From contig JAYWIR010000001.1 in assembly GCA_036172245.1 (NCBI GenBank), positions 5,704,001 through 5,768,000 of the forward strand: a stretch of DNA of 64,000 nt, in the 5' to 3' direction. The notes beneath the pieces are model-generated. The model saw nothing but the letters and a program-made list of their open reading frames with translations, ran no database searches and had not been told where the DNA came from. A program made the position numbers and the translations under genes. Source of the DNA: Raillietiella orientalis (Eukaryota). The stretch's first letter is position 1. Each line of letters opens with the position of its first letter. This document shows, one piece after another, positions 27,003-39,470 of this stretch.

Positions 27003-28816
27003 GTAAGGAATCCATTCCATGTTTGACCTAGACGGTGAACCCTACCTCGCCCTCGCGCGCAGCGAGAACTCTGCACCCTTTTTCTCCCGATGGTCACCTC
27101 CCTCTTTGCCGCTGGGTACGATTCCTAGGATGCTGCTTTCGTGCACGCACTATGGAAGCGCTTGCTCCGTGTCCAGCACCAGAGAGCGAACGCGCCTTCG
27201 AACGAGTCACCAAGGGTCGATGCGAGAGGCTCATCAGCTCCCACGAGAAAGGCTGATCCCTGCTCTCTTCTGCTGACTTCTTTCCGCACTCCGAGAGCGC
27301 TGCAGCGTAGTTTGGATAGCATGGCTGATTGGAAGCCTCCTCGAAACGCAGCATCTTGCAGATGCCGCTATCAGCCTTCCTCCATCCTGATGCGCTTCCT
27401 GAGTCTCCCGAGGGAAGTCCTTGACCTCTCTCCCTGGTTTCGCGAAGCCAAGATGGATGAGAGATTGGTGTCCGGGTGGCGACGGAGGCTATATATAGGC
27501 TTGTGGATCACGGGGAACTGTACCAGTGAGGATACGGTGATCCCGTCTTTTCAATTACATAGAGAATTCCTAGAGGGACTCTCTCTCAGAGATCGTTAGG
27601 ATGGACAACCGGGAAGAAGATGAATCCCAGAGTCAAGCTCCGAACACTGAAGACATCACTATCGCTAGAGTGCCGAGAGCTTGCTGAATTTCCGGAAAGA
27701 AAGATCCAAGCAAAGATCCAAGTCAGTGGGATTCCCAAAGCGAGATGTAAGCTTTTGTGTGTCTTGACAACATGAGAAGTGTCTGTTTCTCCTCATCCGG
27801 ATCGGAGCACGTTGCTGCCGCTCCCCTGCTCTGCATGGCTCTCTCACTGTATTGTTCCCGTTCGGTTGTTGAAGCAGCTGGGAAATTGCTCTCAGTCGCT
27901 CGGTAGATGCGTACCTAAGTAAGCGGTTCTGTGCCAATCGCAGAGTGCAGAACAGGAACAGAGCACCACATGCGACTCGCAGAATCCTGGAGGAAGAGTC
28001 TACGTGACTCCCGATCACGAAGACATGTGCCATGCCTTCCTCGTCGGCGAACACCTCCGAGATCCTGCGAGCATTTTGGGAGGCGCCCTCTGCGCCTCTC
28101 CGGAATCCCGTCGCTCTTCAGCTCGGCTCGAAAGAATCGATCCGCATCCTCAAGTTGTACCACTTGATGCGAATGGCTAAGAACTTGCATTTTGCTGTTC
28201 GGTACACACACGCACTTTCCCCTTCAACTCCATGGCAACGGCTCCTCCGTCAGCAGAGAGAGAGAGAGACCTGCGTGCGGAACACACACTCGCAAGGAGG
28301 CAAAGGCTTGTTTCATGCTCGGTACAGAGGCTGGACGATCGGATGAAACATACACATGGCAGTGCTTTTCCGTGTACGTGATGGCGACCTCTGAGTACGG
28401 CGGATGGAGGAAAGCTCCTGGCAAGAAAGTCCAGGTAACACGTCCGGATCTGACGAGGATAGGAGAGCCAACTCGAGCTCCAACCCGAGGGTCTGCTGTG
28501 CCTCGTAGCATCAGAGACGCTCAGACAAAACACGTGGGCGAAAGCCCGCGTCCGAAAACAACGTGAGGAGAAGGCGAATACGGAAAGGGAATTCCTTCCC
28601 GGCTTGGCGCTAAGTGACCTTGTACAAATGGTGTCGAGTTCTCGGTGTGTGTGTGGGGGGGGGAGACCACATTCTGCGTCTCTCGCTGCAGTCCTTGAAG
28701 AAAATGAGACGGCACCTTCTCGGAGTCATCGCGGATGCCGGAAGTCGATCTTCGGAACTGAGAGACGGCGAAGAGTGAAGCCCTGAAGCTTCCGGTGAGC
28801 GCTCTCGGGGCCACCG

Positions 28817-29150
28817 ATGGCTCTCAACCCTGGAAAGTGGGAACACGACTGGAACACAGTGGCTGCGCGGTCGTACCAAAGGCTTCTCCATGTGATCTCG
28901 GATGCCTCACTCGCCAGAACGCTGGCCAAGATCAACAGTCTTGTTACCGAAATCGGTGGACCAATCACCAGGATCGCCATAATCAGAATTCACCTGCCGG
29001 ATGATGCTTGTTCCGTGGTACCCTCTACCTGTTTCTACTTGTCCTCAGGTGGTGATCACAGAGTGGGCACTTCCGTGTTCGGGTAGATCGAGTTCCACTG
29101 CTGCTGCTGCTGCTGCACTACAGCCGTTCCCTTCTCGCGCTGCACATTCC
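28817..29150 (+). mobile_element. Possible LINE ORF1 remnant
   Basis: RIAIIRIHLPDDACSVVPSTCFYLSSGG...VFG followed by a Cys-rich (CTG)6 stretch resembles the ORF1 pattern r.v...l....iPs...G...C..C. Confidence 0.3.
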
Positions 29151-31613
29151 GTTAGAATATCCAGGAACCTGCTCCAACGTTCCTGGCAAACATTCAGTTT
29201 TCTCTTATCATCGGCAAAGCAAAAGCGTCCGTGGATTTCCCAGGCACGACTAGAGCGTCAGGGGCTTGCACCTTGAGCTCTTAACATTCCGAGGAAGCAG
29301 GAAGAAGCAGGTGGGAACGAGAGAGCGCGTCGCTGCCAAGAATGGCAATGGCATCAAGACGCGGGCCGAGGACCGTCGAAGAGCATCAGTGAACTCCCGG
29401 CTTGCCTGCGAGCACGGGGAGCGCGGCAGAACTTGTGGGAGGACGAGGATGCCGCGTTTCCTGGAGCGACCTTTGGCTCCACCTGCTCACTGAGCAGCAC
29501 GAACGCCGTCTGATTGGCTGCCGGAGCGAGGATGACTGAGCGAAAATTGTGGACGCAATTGAAAAATTCACTGCGTGCCCTTTGCCGGGCAGCGCAGGTC
29601 GGCTCCCGCTCCGAGCTAGGGAATCCTTGGCAACAGGAAATCAGGCATTGGAAGAAGGGAGGGAATTTTCTCGCCGGTCTCCCAGTAAGCCTCAAGCAGA
29701 GCTCGTCTCGTCGGAAAAACCTTCGGTCTAGTACTGAGGAAGAGGAGTCTTTCGAGAAAGGTAGTCTCCCTCGCTGTTCGAGGTATGGCCAGGAAGTCGG
29801 TCCTTCCCCAACACAGGCAGCCCAACAGCTAATTCAGATGATGAACAGATGAAGCCATGACGTCGACTGCGGTGCGCCACCTGCGTCTGGCTTGGATGCA
29901 GCACAGTGATGAAGGATTGGAGTTGGAGAGCCATTCAAAAGTCAAAGGGCGCAAAAAAACAAAAAGGATGGGGAGGAGAATGTAGGTTTTGTGTGGCCTG
30001 CGGGAATTCGCCCCCCTAACCTCTATCGAAAAGACGAGGGCAGAATCGACACTGACGCCAGTCCGGTCACTCCATGAGCAACACTTCTCCCCCTTGGTCC
30101 ATCTGGTTCGCGAAGCACTGGGACTCTTTTCCCGGAAGCACCCTTCCAGACCGAAGTTCTCGGGGCGCTCTACAAGTTGGAAGCGCAGCAACTGAGTTCC
30201 GGGCGCGGTCGCTTCCTGCGATGCACCCCTTCAGGAAGCTCCGTTTCCGCCTCGTTCGTCTTTCGGGACTCCGTGTCAAACCGCCGAATGTTCTTCCTCG
30301 GCAGGAGACGGAGATCGCCGTCGGTGGCAACGATGGCTCTTCGGATACGAAAATTCCGCGTATCTGGACCGGATAGGGAGGAGGAAGGAGAGAGGGCGGA
30401 GGAACCATGGGACGCGTGGAAATCAGGACGGTTCTCCGGTCCGACTGGGAGTTGCGATCGATTGTCTGCTGGTGGGCGCACAGGAAAGAAGGGAGAGGAG
30501 GATAGGGAAGGTCATGGAGGGACAGGGGGGATGAAGGAGATGGAGCACCTCGCTAATCTCCGACGGTGGTAGCACGGTAGCGAACGCGATGTCTTCGTAT
30601 TTAAGGTACGCTGCTGTATTCCAAGATGGCGATGTATGCGTGAGGGGCGGTTTGTCCCCCCTTTGCTGCGGCGGATGTCGTGCCCGAACCAGTACGGGAG
30701 ACCGTGCCGATGCGAGCCACAAGCAAAGAGTGGATGGGTGTTCGTTCCTCCCGCGGTGTTCTTCCTTCCGAGGTGCAAGTCGATGCGCACCGGCGCTCGT
30801 TCTGATGGCTCTCGAAATTGGCAGCAGCGTTCCAGAAATCAGCCCTTGCACATCTCGGATGAATAATTCATGCTGGAGCGAGACGGAAGGGGCGTTCCCT
30901 CTCGGATATTCAAATGAAGCCAGCAGTCCTCGGAGACGGGCGCCGCGAGGCGCGTTTTCCGACGGGACCTGCTGCAACGGGGTGGATGCGCGCGCACTCC
31001 CGACTGGAGCCGCTTGCAGATGGGGATCCTGCTCCCTCCTTTCCCCCCATGCCGCCTTCCTCCCCTCCCCCATGTTGCGCAGCTCGGGAGTCGATCGTCG
31101 GAAAACCAGGAGGTGGCAGCCGCCTCGCCAGCTTTCGAAATCTCCCCCGCCATTACTACAAACCGAATCTGTTCGTCCGTCCCCGTCAGTTCCAGCCCCC
31201 ACGTCGGAGAGAGACATTTCGGCAGCGAAAGGGGAGCGTCCGATCCAAACGCAGCTGGATTTCCGGATGCGGAATCCCTCAGCCTCTTTAATGTGGACCC
31301 ACTCAGCCATCCCCCCCCTCCCTTGCGGGAATGTGTGTGCCGAAGACAGGGGACAAGCGCTTTCTTACTTGTGCTCCCGCTCCGCATTCGCAAAGCCAGA
31401 GGGAAGGAATAAGTTTCCCCGACCTGCTCCAGAGAGCGGGCTGGCTTCTCTATGACTCCCCTAAGTTTCCTCGTGACGCCATTACGGCAAAATGGCTCCG
31501 GTCGTTTCGCAACCGTTCGACTTCCGGCTGATGTTTCTCAGACAGCCCTGCTAATGCCGCAAGTTTCGAGCCGAACTTTCCTCCTGTCCGCATCACGGCT
31601 GGAGGTGCATCGA

Positions 31614-31698
31614 TCCGCCCGGAAGAGGAAACCCAACCAAGAGGTTCACCGTCGTTCCCTGGCCTCCGCCCGGAAGAGGAAACCCAACAAAGGTTCAC
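31614..31698. repeat. Short tandem duplication (51-bp period)
   Basis: TCCGCCCGGAAGAGGAAACCCAAC(C)AA(G)AGGTTCAC at 31614 and again at 31665. Confidence 0.9.
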
Positions 31699-32699
31699 TT
31701 CGCTTAGGCGGGGCTCCCCGAAAGAACTCGTCAGCGAAAGGTGTGCTGACGGGATCTCGCGCGTCCACTGGCTCTCGTTCCCAAGGCGTAGGGCCGCCTA
31801 AGGCGCGGAGACGCTGGAGGACGCCCTAGGAAGTTCGTCTCGGCGTTCCGGGGATGCGTGGCCGCGCTCGCGTCCCTTCCCCCCTTCGGAAGGTCGGGAC
31901 TTGGATCGATTTTCTCCAGGACGGATGCGCCTACTGGACTTGGGGGCGCTCCCGCTGGGCGAGGCGCGCCACTCTCTCGGTCACTGTCTTCTAGGAAATG
32001 GAAGTCACCCGAGCAAGCCCCGGTTCGTCGTGCTGCTCTGCTTCTGCACTTTCTTCGCGATCCTGTGGAGCCATCGAGCGGCGTGGCGGCGACGACAGCA
32101 GGCATGAGAAAGCATTCTGTTGCTGTCTTTGTAAATAAAAGTGGCTGTTTTTCTCTTGAGGGAAGGAGAGTCCCTCGGCTTCGCTGCAGGTGATCGGAGA
32201 CCGCGCATGCGCGGCACGGCTATGGGTGAATCCGCAGCGCAGGGCGACGGAAACGGTAGGCAGGCAAGCGAGAGCCCCGGACGGGTCGGAAGCGACACGC
32301 GCATCCTCCCATGAGGGGTTTTACAGGATTCTCTTCCTCCTCCTGCTTTCAGGAAAGAATCGCCATTTTTTTGTGTGTGTGTTGTTCTGTAGAGCCTGTC
32401 GAATGCTTGGGTTCCGCGCTTCCCGACATCAGAAGCGGTGCGGATGTTTGGATCAGCGTAGCGCGCCGCGAATTCTTTTCGTGGGTGAATCGAAAACGCG
32501 GAGGTCGCGTGCGATGCTGAGCACCGCGGAATGTTGGAACTCCCAAAAGCGGTTCAGATGGGTTTGGGGCCACCGCCCGCCTCGCCACGAAACAGGAACC
32601 GCTTTTCCTCTCCAGGGATCAGACCCGCGGTAACCTTGAAACATGGACACGCTAATGATCGGAAGCAGCACGTGGAAGTTTTTATTTATTCATTTCGGT

Positions 32700-33750
32700 T
32701 GTCACTGCTAGTGGGTCCGTTTAGGTACTTGCAGCCGTGGAAACGGGGCGTTCAGATAGCGTGGGACCTCCTTCTTTTGAACCAAAGCGACCGCGTTAGG
32801 AACATTCCGCTAAAGAACCGCCAACCAATGGCAGCTGCGAGAGAGATCTTTGCAGAGGGAATATGAAAGATGTGAGAGCAGCGTCTCTCGAGTACAAAGG
32901 TGCGTCTCATAACTATGGCGCACATTGATTGGTAAGCAAATCTGATCGTTGTCGGTCTTCTACCACCAAAGGAATTTTTGTGGAAGAAGAAGCATCGAAA
33001 CACCCTGAACTGTGATCTTCATGACTTCTTCACATATCGATAAGACCATCATTCGATGATTTGCTTTGGGGAAGGTAGAAAAGTGGGATGAACAGTTTGA
33101 TCGCGCGACCCGCGCTTTGCTGACTACAGGGAGATTGTGTGCGAGTTGAAAGCACCGATTACCGCGGCGTTAAGATGCTGCGTCGGTTTCTCGTGGGCAG
33201 CCATCACTCTTATCGCGCACAAGTTGACTGGATCCCCTGCTGCAAGATATTTAAAAAGCTTTCGACCGTGGAAAGGATGACCACGGTCCTAGAAGCGAGG
33301 GGGAAGGAATTCCATTTGGACTGCACTGATAAATGGATTCGCGATGCCGCTCTCCCTGCTATCGTCAAGCGTTGGACGAGTCGCAGCTTCAGCGGAGAGG
33401 AAGAAATGAATCTCAATGAGATTCATTTCTCATCCCGGGCCGCGAGCTTCGAAGCTTTCCCGAGCTGCAGTGCCTGCCAAGGTAACGGAGGCTGCTCCAG
33501 AATTCCGCCTGTTCGAAAACAGACAGATCTTTGTTCTTGGGCGAGTTTCCGCCACCGGCGCTTGGTGCTAGAAGACCACCACTACCAAGTTCCTCTTCTT
33601 GGAAAGGTGTTCCAAAGGTTCACCTGGGCCTCGAAAACCATAGAGGCAGAACGCCGAACGCTCACGCACCGTCCGGCTGCAACTCCCTCGTGTGAATTGA
33701 CATCGGAGACATTCAGTCCAAAAAAACGAATGCAAGCGGCGTCGATAAAC
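32700..33750 (+). mobile_element. Decayed L1/Tx1-like ORF2 RT and post-RT remnant
   Basis: In order: KRGVQIAWDLLLL (RGVrQG.PLSP.L-like), SFDDLL (YADD-like, ~33050), AIVKRWTSRSFSGEE (W..r.LS..G-like), GKVFQRFTWASK (FlW.gk-like). Confidence 0.5.
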
Positions 33751-34774
33751 AAACAGGGCCATGCTTATGTTCAAGGGACGGAGGGCTTCATAAAAGTCAG
33801 GAATTCTTCGTATTAACCCTCCCTGCGGATCGGCTGCCAAGGTTTCTTGAATTCGCACAGCGAGATGTTTGGAAGCCATGAACGACACTTTCGGGCTGAT
33901 GGAAAGGGAGTGCTGAGATATCCCAGCTGAGGGATGCCTGTCCTTGTGCCTTCCGTCATGATGGCACTGTCCTCCCAGTTATTCCGGCTCCAACTCTTGA
34001 GCACTCAGCGCAGGCAAGTCGTATCGAGTTTCGAGACCTTTTTTCTTTTACGACTCAACCAAAGCCCGTCCCTCGCTGTGTGTCTTTGAAAATCCCACCT
34101 TGCCGGCTACGGCTTTCTCCAGAAGTAGATTAGCTTTATGAAGATACTTTCCGAAATGTGTACATGTATTCAGGGACAGCGGCTAATTGAATCACGAGGA
34201 ACTGGGGCTTCTGCAGATGCTGGGCACACAATTTGGCCTGCGTACACAAAAATTTGATTACTATTCTTCGAGATATTGCGGGTGTAAAGAAAAAAAAAAA
34301 AATTCCGCTGCTGATCTGGTTTCTTTGTCTGGAGAAACGTCAAAAATCGTGTACTGGGAGAATCCCATCGCAATACATTCAAAGGATAAGAGGATTCTTG
34401 GAGGATTTTCTGCACATTTTCCCATACTTGCACCGTGCATTTGCCTTTCTCCCTTCTATTGCTCTTATTGCTGCGCTCCTGAGCTGCTCGTGCTCGTAAA
34501 GAATTCTTTCGCCACAATGCGTTGTCTAGGAAAATCATATGTCTCCGGAAATCACTAGTTTATTCATTTGATTTTTTTTTCTTGGAAATTTTCCCGATAG
34601 GAGTTTTCCTTAGCCCATCTTCTACTGCTCCAAATCAATACACTTATACGTAGAAGAGGAACACGAACATGTGTTCGTGTTCCTCTTCTACGTATCCCTG
34701 ACAACCGCTATTTAAAAAGGGAAAGGAAACACTAAAGGGTGTATGCGTGCTGTCATATTCATGCAGAATGTCTT

Positions 34775-35257
34775 TTTGGATCGTACGGTTCTGTGGACCA
34801 TCATCACCACCCATAACAGCAGTCAGGTGGTCCGTCACAACTAAAGCACGAAAGAGAGATGCTAAACATCGAATGAATCATGCGCTGGGGAGTAGATGAA
34901 CCGGACTCTGTTGTCTCGGCAACAGCGAATGATTATCAGCTGGTTGTTTCTATGGAACTTGTTTCGCTAACATTGTTGATCTATTTTTGGAACTGAATTC
35001 CTCGTTCCTTGGCTTCGGTAGAGACAGATGCGCCGTTTCCGTCGGTGCTTGCGATGGACGCACGATTCGGTCACGTGACTTGAAAACTTTGAGAGGGGGA
35101 GGGGGGGGGGAACAAACCATTGAAGCCCAGGGAAGAGAGCAGCCCTGAAATCACTGCTTATTAGTGAAAGGGGAAAAGTAGGTGGCCATCAGAAATACGG
35201 GGAGAGCAGCCGTCTGGAGAATAAATGGGGGAGCTTCCATGGAAAAATCGTTTTCTT
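34775..35257. repeat. Near-identical direct repeat, copy 2 (partner 25487-25954)
   Basis: See copy 1. This copy is followed by a (TTTC)n tract. Confidence 0.97.
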
Positions 35258-38200
35258 TCTTTCTTTCTCTTTTTTACTTATCGAAAGGGCTTCAAATCAG
35301 TTTGGATAAACTGAATTATCCAAAAATGGAAAGTTTCATCAATATGGAGTGAGCAGTCCGTCGGAGACGTGTGATCGTTAACACTGGGAGCAGAAGTAAC
35401 GGATTTACGTGCGATCGGGGTGTAGTACGTTATGGTACATAATCTCGAATATAGCCGCACCAATGACTTTGATTTTTTTTTTTTTTCATTTGATTTTGCC
35501 TTATGGAGAAGCGCGTGATCGTGCTGTTTCGACTTGAATATGCAGAACGTCTTTCCCAACCATCTGGTGTCTGCAGAACGGACTTGGTTCTGTCTCTCTT
35601 CCCTCAACTTATGAGCTCCCCCAGACTGGGATAAGTCAAAATCACAAGAGAGTCGGGGGAAGGGAAGGGCACAACTCTTTTCAGCAGAATGCCGAACTGC
35701 AAGTGCTCACGGGTGAAAGAGAATTCCTCGTTCCCGAGGATGCAAAAGCGGGGAAAGCACCTCCGGTGGACGGAGCACGTGATTCACCATACAGCAGAAA
35801 GCAGAGGAAGCAACGAGGCTTGCTGTGGAATGGCTGCAGGAGACAGATGAAAACGAAGGAAGATGCGAGGCCCACTGGCGATGGAACCTGATGCAAGCCG
35901 AGTCACGCACCCCGCAAATCGATGTGCCGCCTCCTTCTACGCCTTTTTGTGCTGCCCCGTTCTTCATTCATGTCTTGGAACCATCGGATGCTGCAGAGCG
36001 CAGATGAGTGAAGGAAGCTATCGACCTCGCGGCCGAAACCACGAACCTCAACTGCGAGCATCAGTGACTCTGCTACCCGCAGAAATGTTTTGAAACTTGG
36101 CCTCTCGCGAGAAAAAGGGAAGGAAGAGCAACAGATGGATAGGACACAAGCATCTGTAGAGAGGATTCCTTCCATGGAATTCTTGGAATTCTTCCACGTA
36201 GTATGGAAGCTTCTTGAATTAAGATGCAAGCATTCATGACTTTGTACAATTGAGATTGTACGAATGTATAGATGGAATAATACGTAAATACACGTATTTA
36301 TACATTGGTTCACAATAATAAATTCATCAATCCGTGATGAAAAGAGTAGGTCATGGCCCATTTACCGGAAGCTGGTGGAAGCTGTGTGGGTCTGCTCGTT
36401 TTCCGTTGCCATGAGAACCCAAACTGATGGAATGTTGGGTGCACACTCTCAAGCCTGGAGAAGGGAGAGTTCCGCTTCACCATGCAGCGGGGGAAAAATG
36501 CCCGGATGCGAATGCAGTGAAATGTCCAGAGGGTTCAAAGAAATCAGAAAGCTCGAAGTCGTCACGTGGTTCATTCGCTAGTGTTACACGAGCAGATTCT
36601 GGTACATGGGATCGGGGATGGAAACTGGGGTGAAGAGTCCTGTCTCTGTAAAGGGCAAGAAGTGGACTGCCAAAGGGAAAAGAAATTGGAATGGCGGCGC
36701 TAAGGCGAGCCTTTTCAATACATGTGCATGGAATGATTTTCCGATTAGCTACCATTCCAGGTGACCAATAGAACGTTGCGTGAAGGTAGAAAAGAAAAGT
36801 CACAACCGCTACAATTGAGAACGTGTGCATGGAGGGCGCAGGTCGCAGAATGAGAGAAAGAGAGAAGCGGATTCGATAGATACGGCTGGTTTATTTGGAG
36901 CTGTGAGCCGGAACACAGCTGACGCTTCTTGTGACCTTCCAGAAACACAGGATGAGGATCCCATTATGCCTGCCTGCCTTTGGGGATGCCAGTTCCCTTG
37001 GATGGGCTTTGGGTGCTCTACCTTTACTTTCGCATCTCCATAAATATAACAGCGGAGTTCTTCTTGCACATTCTTAACCCATGTTCTAGAGTTTTCTTAA
37101 AGTCCGAACGAAAGAGTTGGGGACTCCCATTCTTCCACCAGTAGAGGGGGGTTGAAACCATGCCTCCAGACTTGTACTAACCTGACATCCATGTGTCCAT
37201 GGAGTTCGTGATCTTCCTGGATGCTCATGACCATCGTCAGCAAGCAGATTTGTCGAACGTGTCGGCGGTTTCCGTTTCTAAGCCCTGTCTTCTTGGACTG
37301 TCAATTCGGTCTCTAGGACACTCGGCCACTTCCACTTGTTATCCCATTGTGCAGCTGTAGATCTCGCCCTTGCCTTTGTCGGCTGTAGGTCTGCTGGAAC
37401 GCCTCCTGAGTCCGTCTCATAGCTTTTTTCGGCTGCCAGCAAAGTACACTCCTGAGCAAGCGAAAGGAGGTGGACGAAACGCAGAGCAGGAGGCGTGATT
37501 CTTTGGTAGGAAGACCTCCGAAGAGGAGAGAAGACGGCAGAGCTTCCTCTTCCGTCCTCTCTGTTGGTTTCTCCCCGGGACGTGAAACGCGCCAATCCGT
37601 CGGCTCTCGGCAAAACAGAGGGAACCGAGGAGCGAAGAACTCGACAAGAGGAAGCTCTCGGAGGCATCGACGCGGACTTTGCTTGCTGCAGTGAGCCCCT
37701 TTCACCTCCTCCTGCAGATTCGTCGTCGAACGATTCCGCCCGTTTTGGAGCCAAGACCGCTGCCTCTTCGCGCGCTCGAGATTGGTGGATTTCATCGTCT
37801 TCTCTGGGAGAGCTCTCGCCGCTGCCACCCGGAAGTTTTTTGTCCTTTTTGGGGGGAGCTGCCTGCCGAGCGCCTGCAACTTTTTGCGCAGCCTGGCGGC
37901 GGTGTCTCTTCTAGCTCTGTCCCGCTCTCGTCACGGGGCTTCCCGGCACGGCTGAGCTTGCTAGGTCGGTTCCACTCGCGAGCGCAGGAGCGGCAGCGGA
38001 GTTTCGACATTTGCCCGCAGTGGTTCGGAGGGCACAAAATCCCAGAAATCCCACGACCGCGCGGAAGATGGAAAAATTGCAGTAGTAGGAAGCAGAAAGT
38101 AGGAACTGTTGCAGTCACAAGAAGTCATCTTTTGAGTTCATGCGGCGGTCCCGGTTGATCCCCGCTGCCGAGTCGCTGCCGAGTGCGCATGGGTGGCGCG

Positions 38201-38449
38201 GATGCCCACAGGCATCCGAGACTCTTAGCAGGCGGAAGCAGGCTTTTCCTCGAGCTCGTCGCCTACCGGAGTCACGATCCGGTCACGCTAGACGTCAACT
38301 GAACGTAAGGTCACGGCGGGATCAACGGTTTTTCGGGGAGGGATGCTGACGAGGTCCATAACGGGGACGCCGGGGGATGGAAGGAAGAATCGAAAACAAA
38401 CCAACACAAAAAGAATTCAAAAGGCAATCTCTGTGAAGTGAGCCTCGTT

Positions 38450-39470
38450 GAGTCCTCCGAATCCTATGCAAGAAGCTAGAGAGCCCCTTATGCCGTCAGT
38501 GTGGGTCCATCTCGACGCGATCTGCGGGGTGCGAAGAGGGCGGCTACCCTGTCGCGTCTTCGCCTCTCGACCTCGTACCCATCAGAGACGGCACCGCGCG
38601 GACAACAGAGCACATCGACTGCGGCAGCTGGCGACATGTGAGGTTGTGCGCTGGGATAAGGAGGGACGCGGATGCCCGCGCTGGCGGTCGCGTGGCTGCG
38701 GTCTCCCGTACGTGACACCAGGCATCGCGGATTCGAATCCCGCCCGGGGAAGGATCGACGCCTAGAAATGGGGGATGCATCTCAGGCTTCCAGTCTCCCT
38801 CGCAGGATGGCGCTGGTTGATCTGAAGACTTCGGGTGCTGCACCGGTGGAAGCCGGAAATCCCCGGGTGCACCTGTTGACTGGCAAGGATTGCAGGTCGA
38901 CCATCCGAGGTCCTTTCAGGAATCAAGGAGTTCTTCGGGATTGCCCTTCTGTTGTGAAAATGGAGCCGTCCCCATCCCCTTGAGGGGGACCCTCCATCGA
39001 GTCCCATGGAGTTGGAAGATACCTCCTTCTGGGGGTTGAGTCTGCCTCTCCAGAGTGTCAAGAGGCGCGCTGCTCCCTTCAGGGAGCGCCTCTCCAGAAA
39101 AGCGTTCCTTCGGAGTTCTCTTCAGGGGAGGAAACCAAGAGCGGTTCCCGTGCGGGTGCCCTCCGGAGAAGAAATTCCAGGAGCCCCCGAGAAATGGCCG
39201 CCTCCTGAGATCCCTCTAGAGACGATAAGGAAGAGGTTCCTTTTAGGTTTCCTCCCAAAAGTAAGAGGGACAGAATTTTTCCTTCAGAGCGTTCCTGGAC
39301 TCATAGAGTGGTCTCCTCTTGGAGTACCTCCTAACTTGACGTATAAGAGAGAGTATAAGATGACTAAAGAGTTGACACGTATTCTATGGTGGCGTGGGCG
39401 GTGTCAAAGAACCTTGTGAGCCGCCAGGCGAAGGTCCTTCAGCACTTGGCGAACCAAAAAAAAGCTGGAA
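38450..39470 (-). mobile_element. LINE ORF1-like repeat (family C)
   Basis: Begins with TTGGTTCGCCAAGTGCTGAAG (also at 57340-57360, with variants at ~46200 and ~8465). Encodes PFLGVDPSPGGIRIRDAWCHV...IPAHNLTCRQLPQSMC, resembling ORF1 GI.tg.r.v...iP. Confidence 0.65.

Noticed and set aside
31614..31698. CRISPR-like repeat-spacer-repeat
   Set aside because: Only two units, in a eukaryotic context with no cas genes; a simple tandem duplication.
36500..37300. Minus-strand EN-like remnant (NSAVIFM-GDAKVKV)
   Set aside because: Needs a frameshift to read and has too little supporting motif context to list as a feature.
38720..38750. tRNA T-arm/B-box-like GGATTCGAATCCCGCC (also ~5855-5878, ~46875-46895, ~56738-56760)
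   Set aside because: No matching acceptor stem or anticodon arm. On the opposite strand the four copies vary largely at third codon positions of G-G-I-x-T-R-D, which fits ORF1-like coding.
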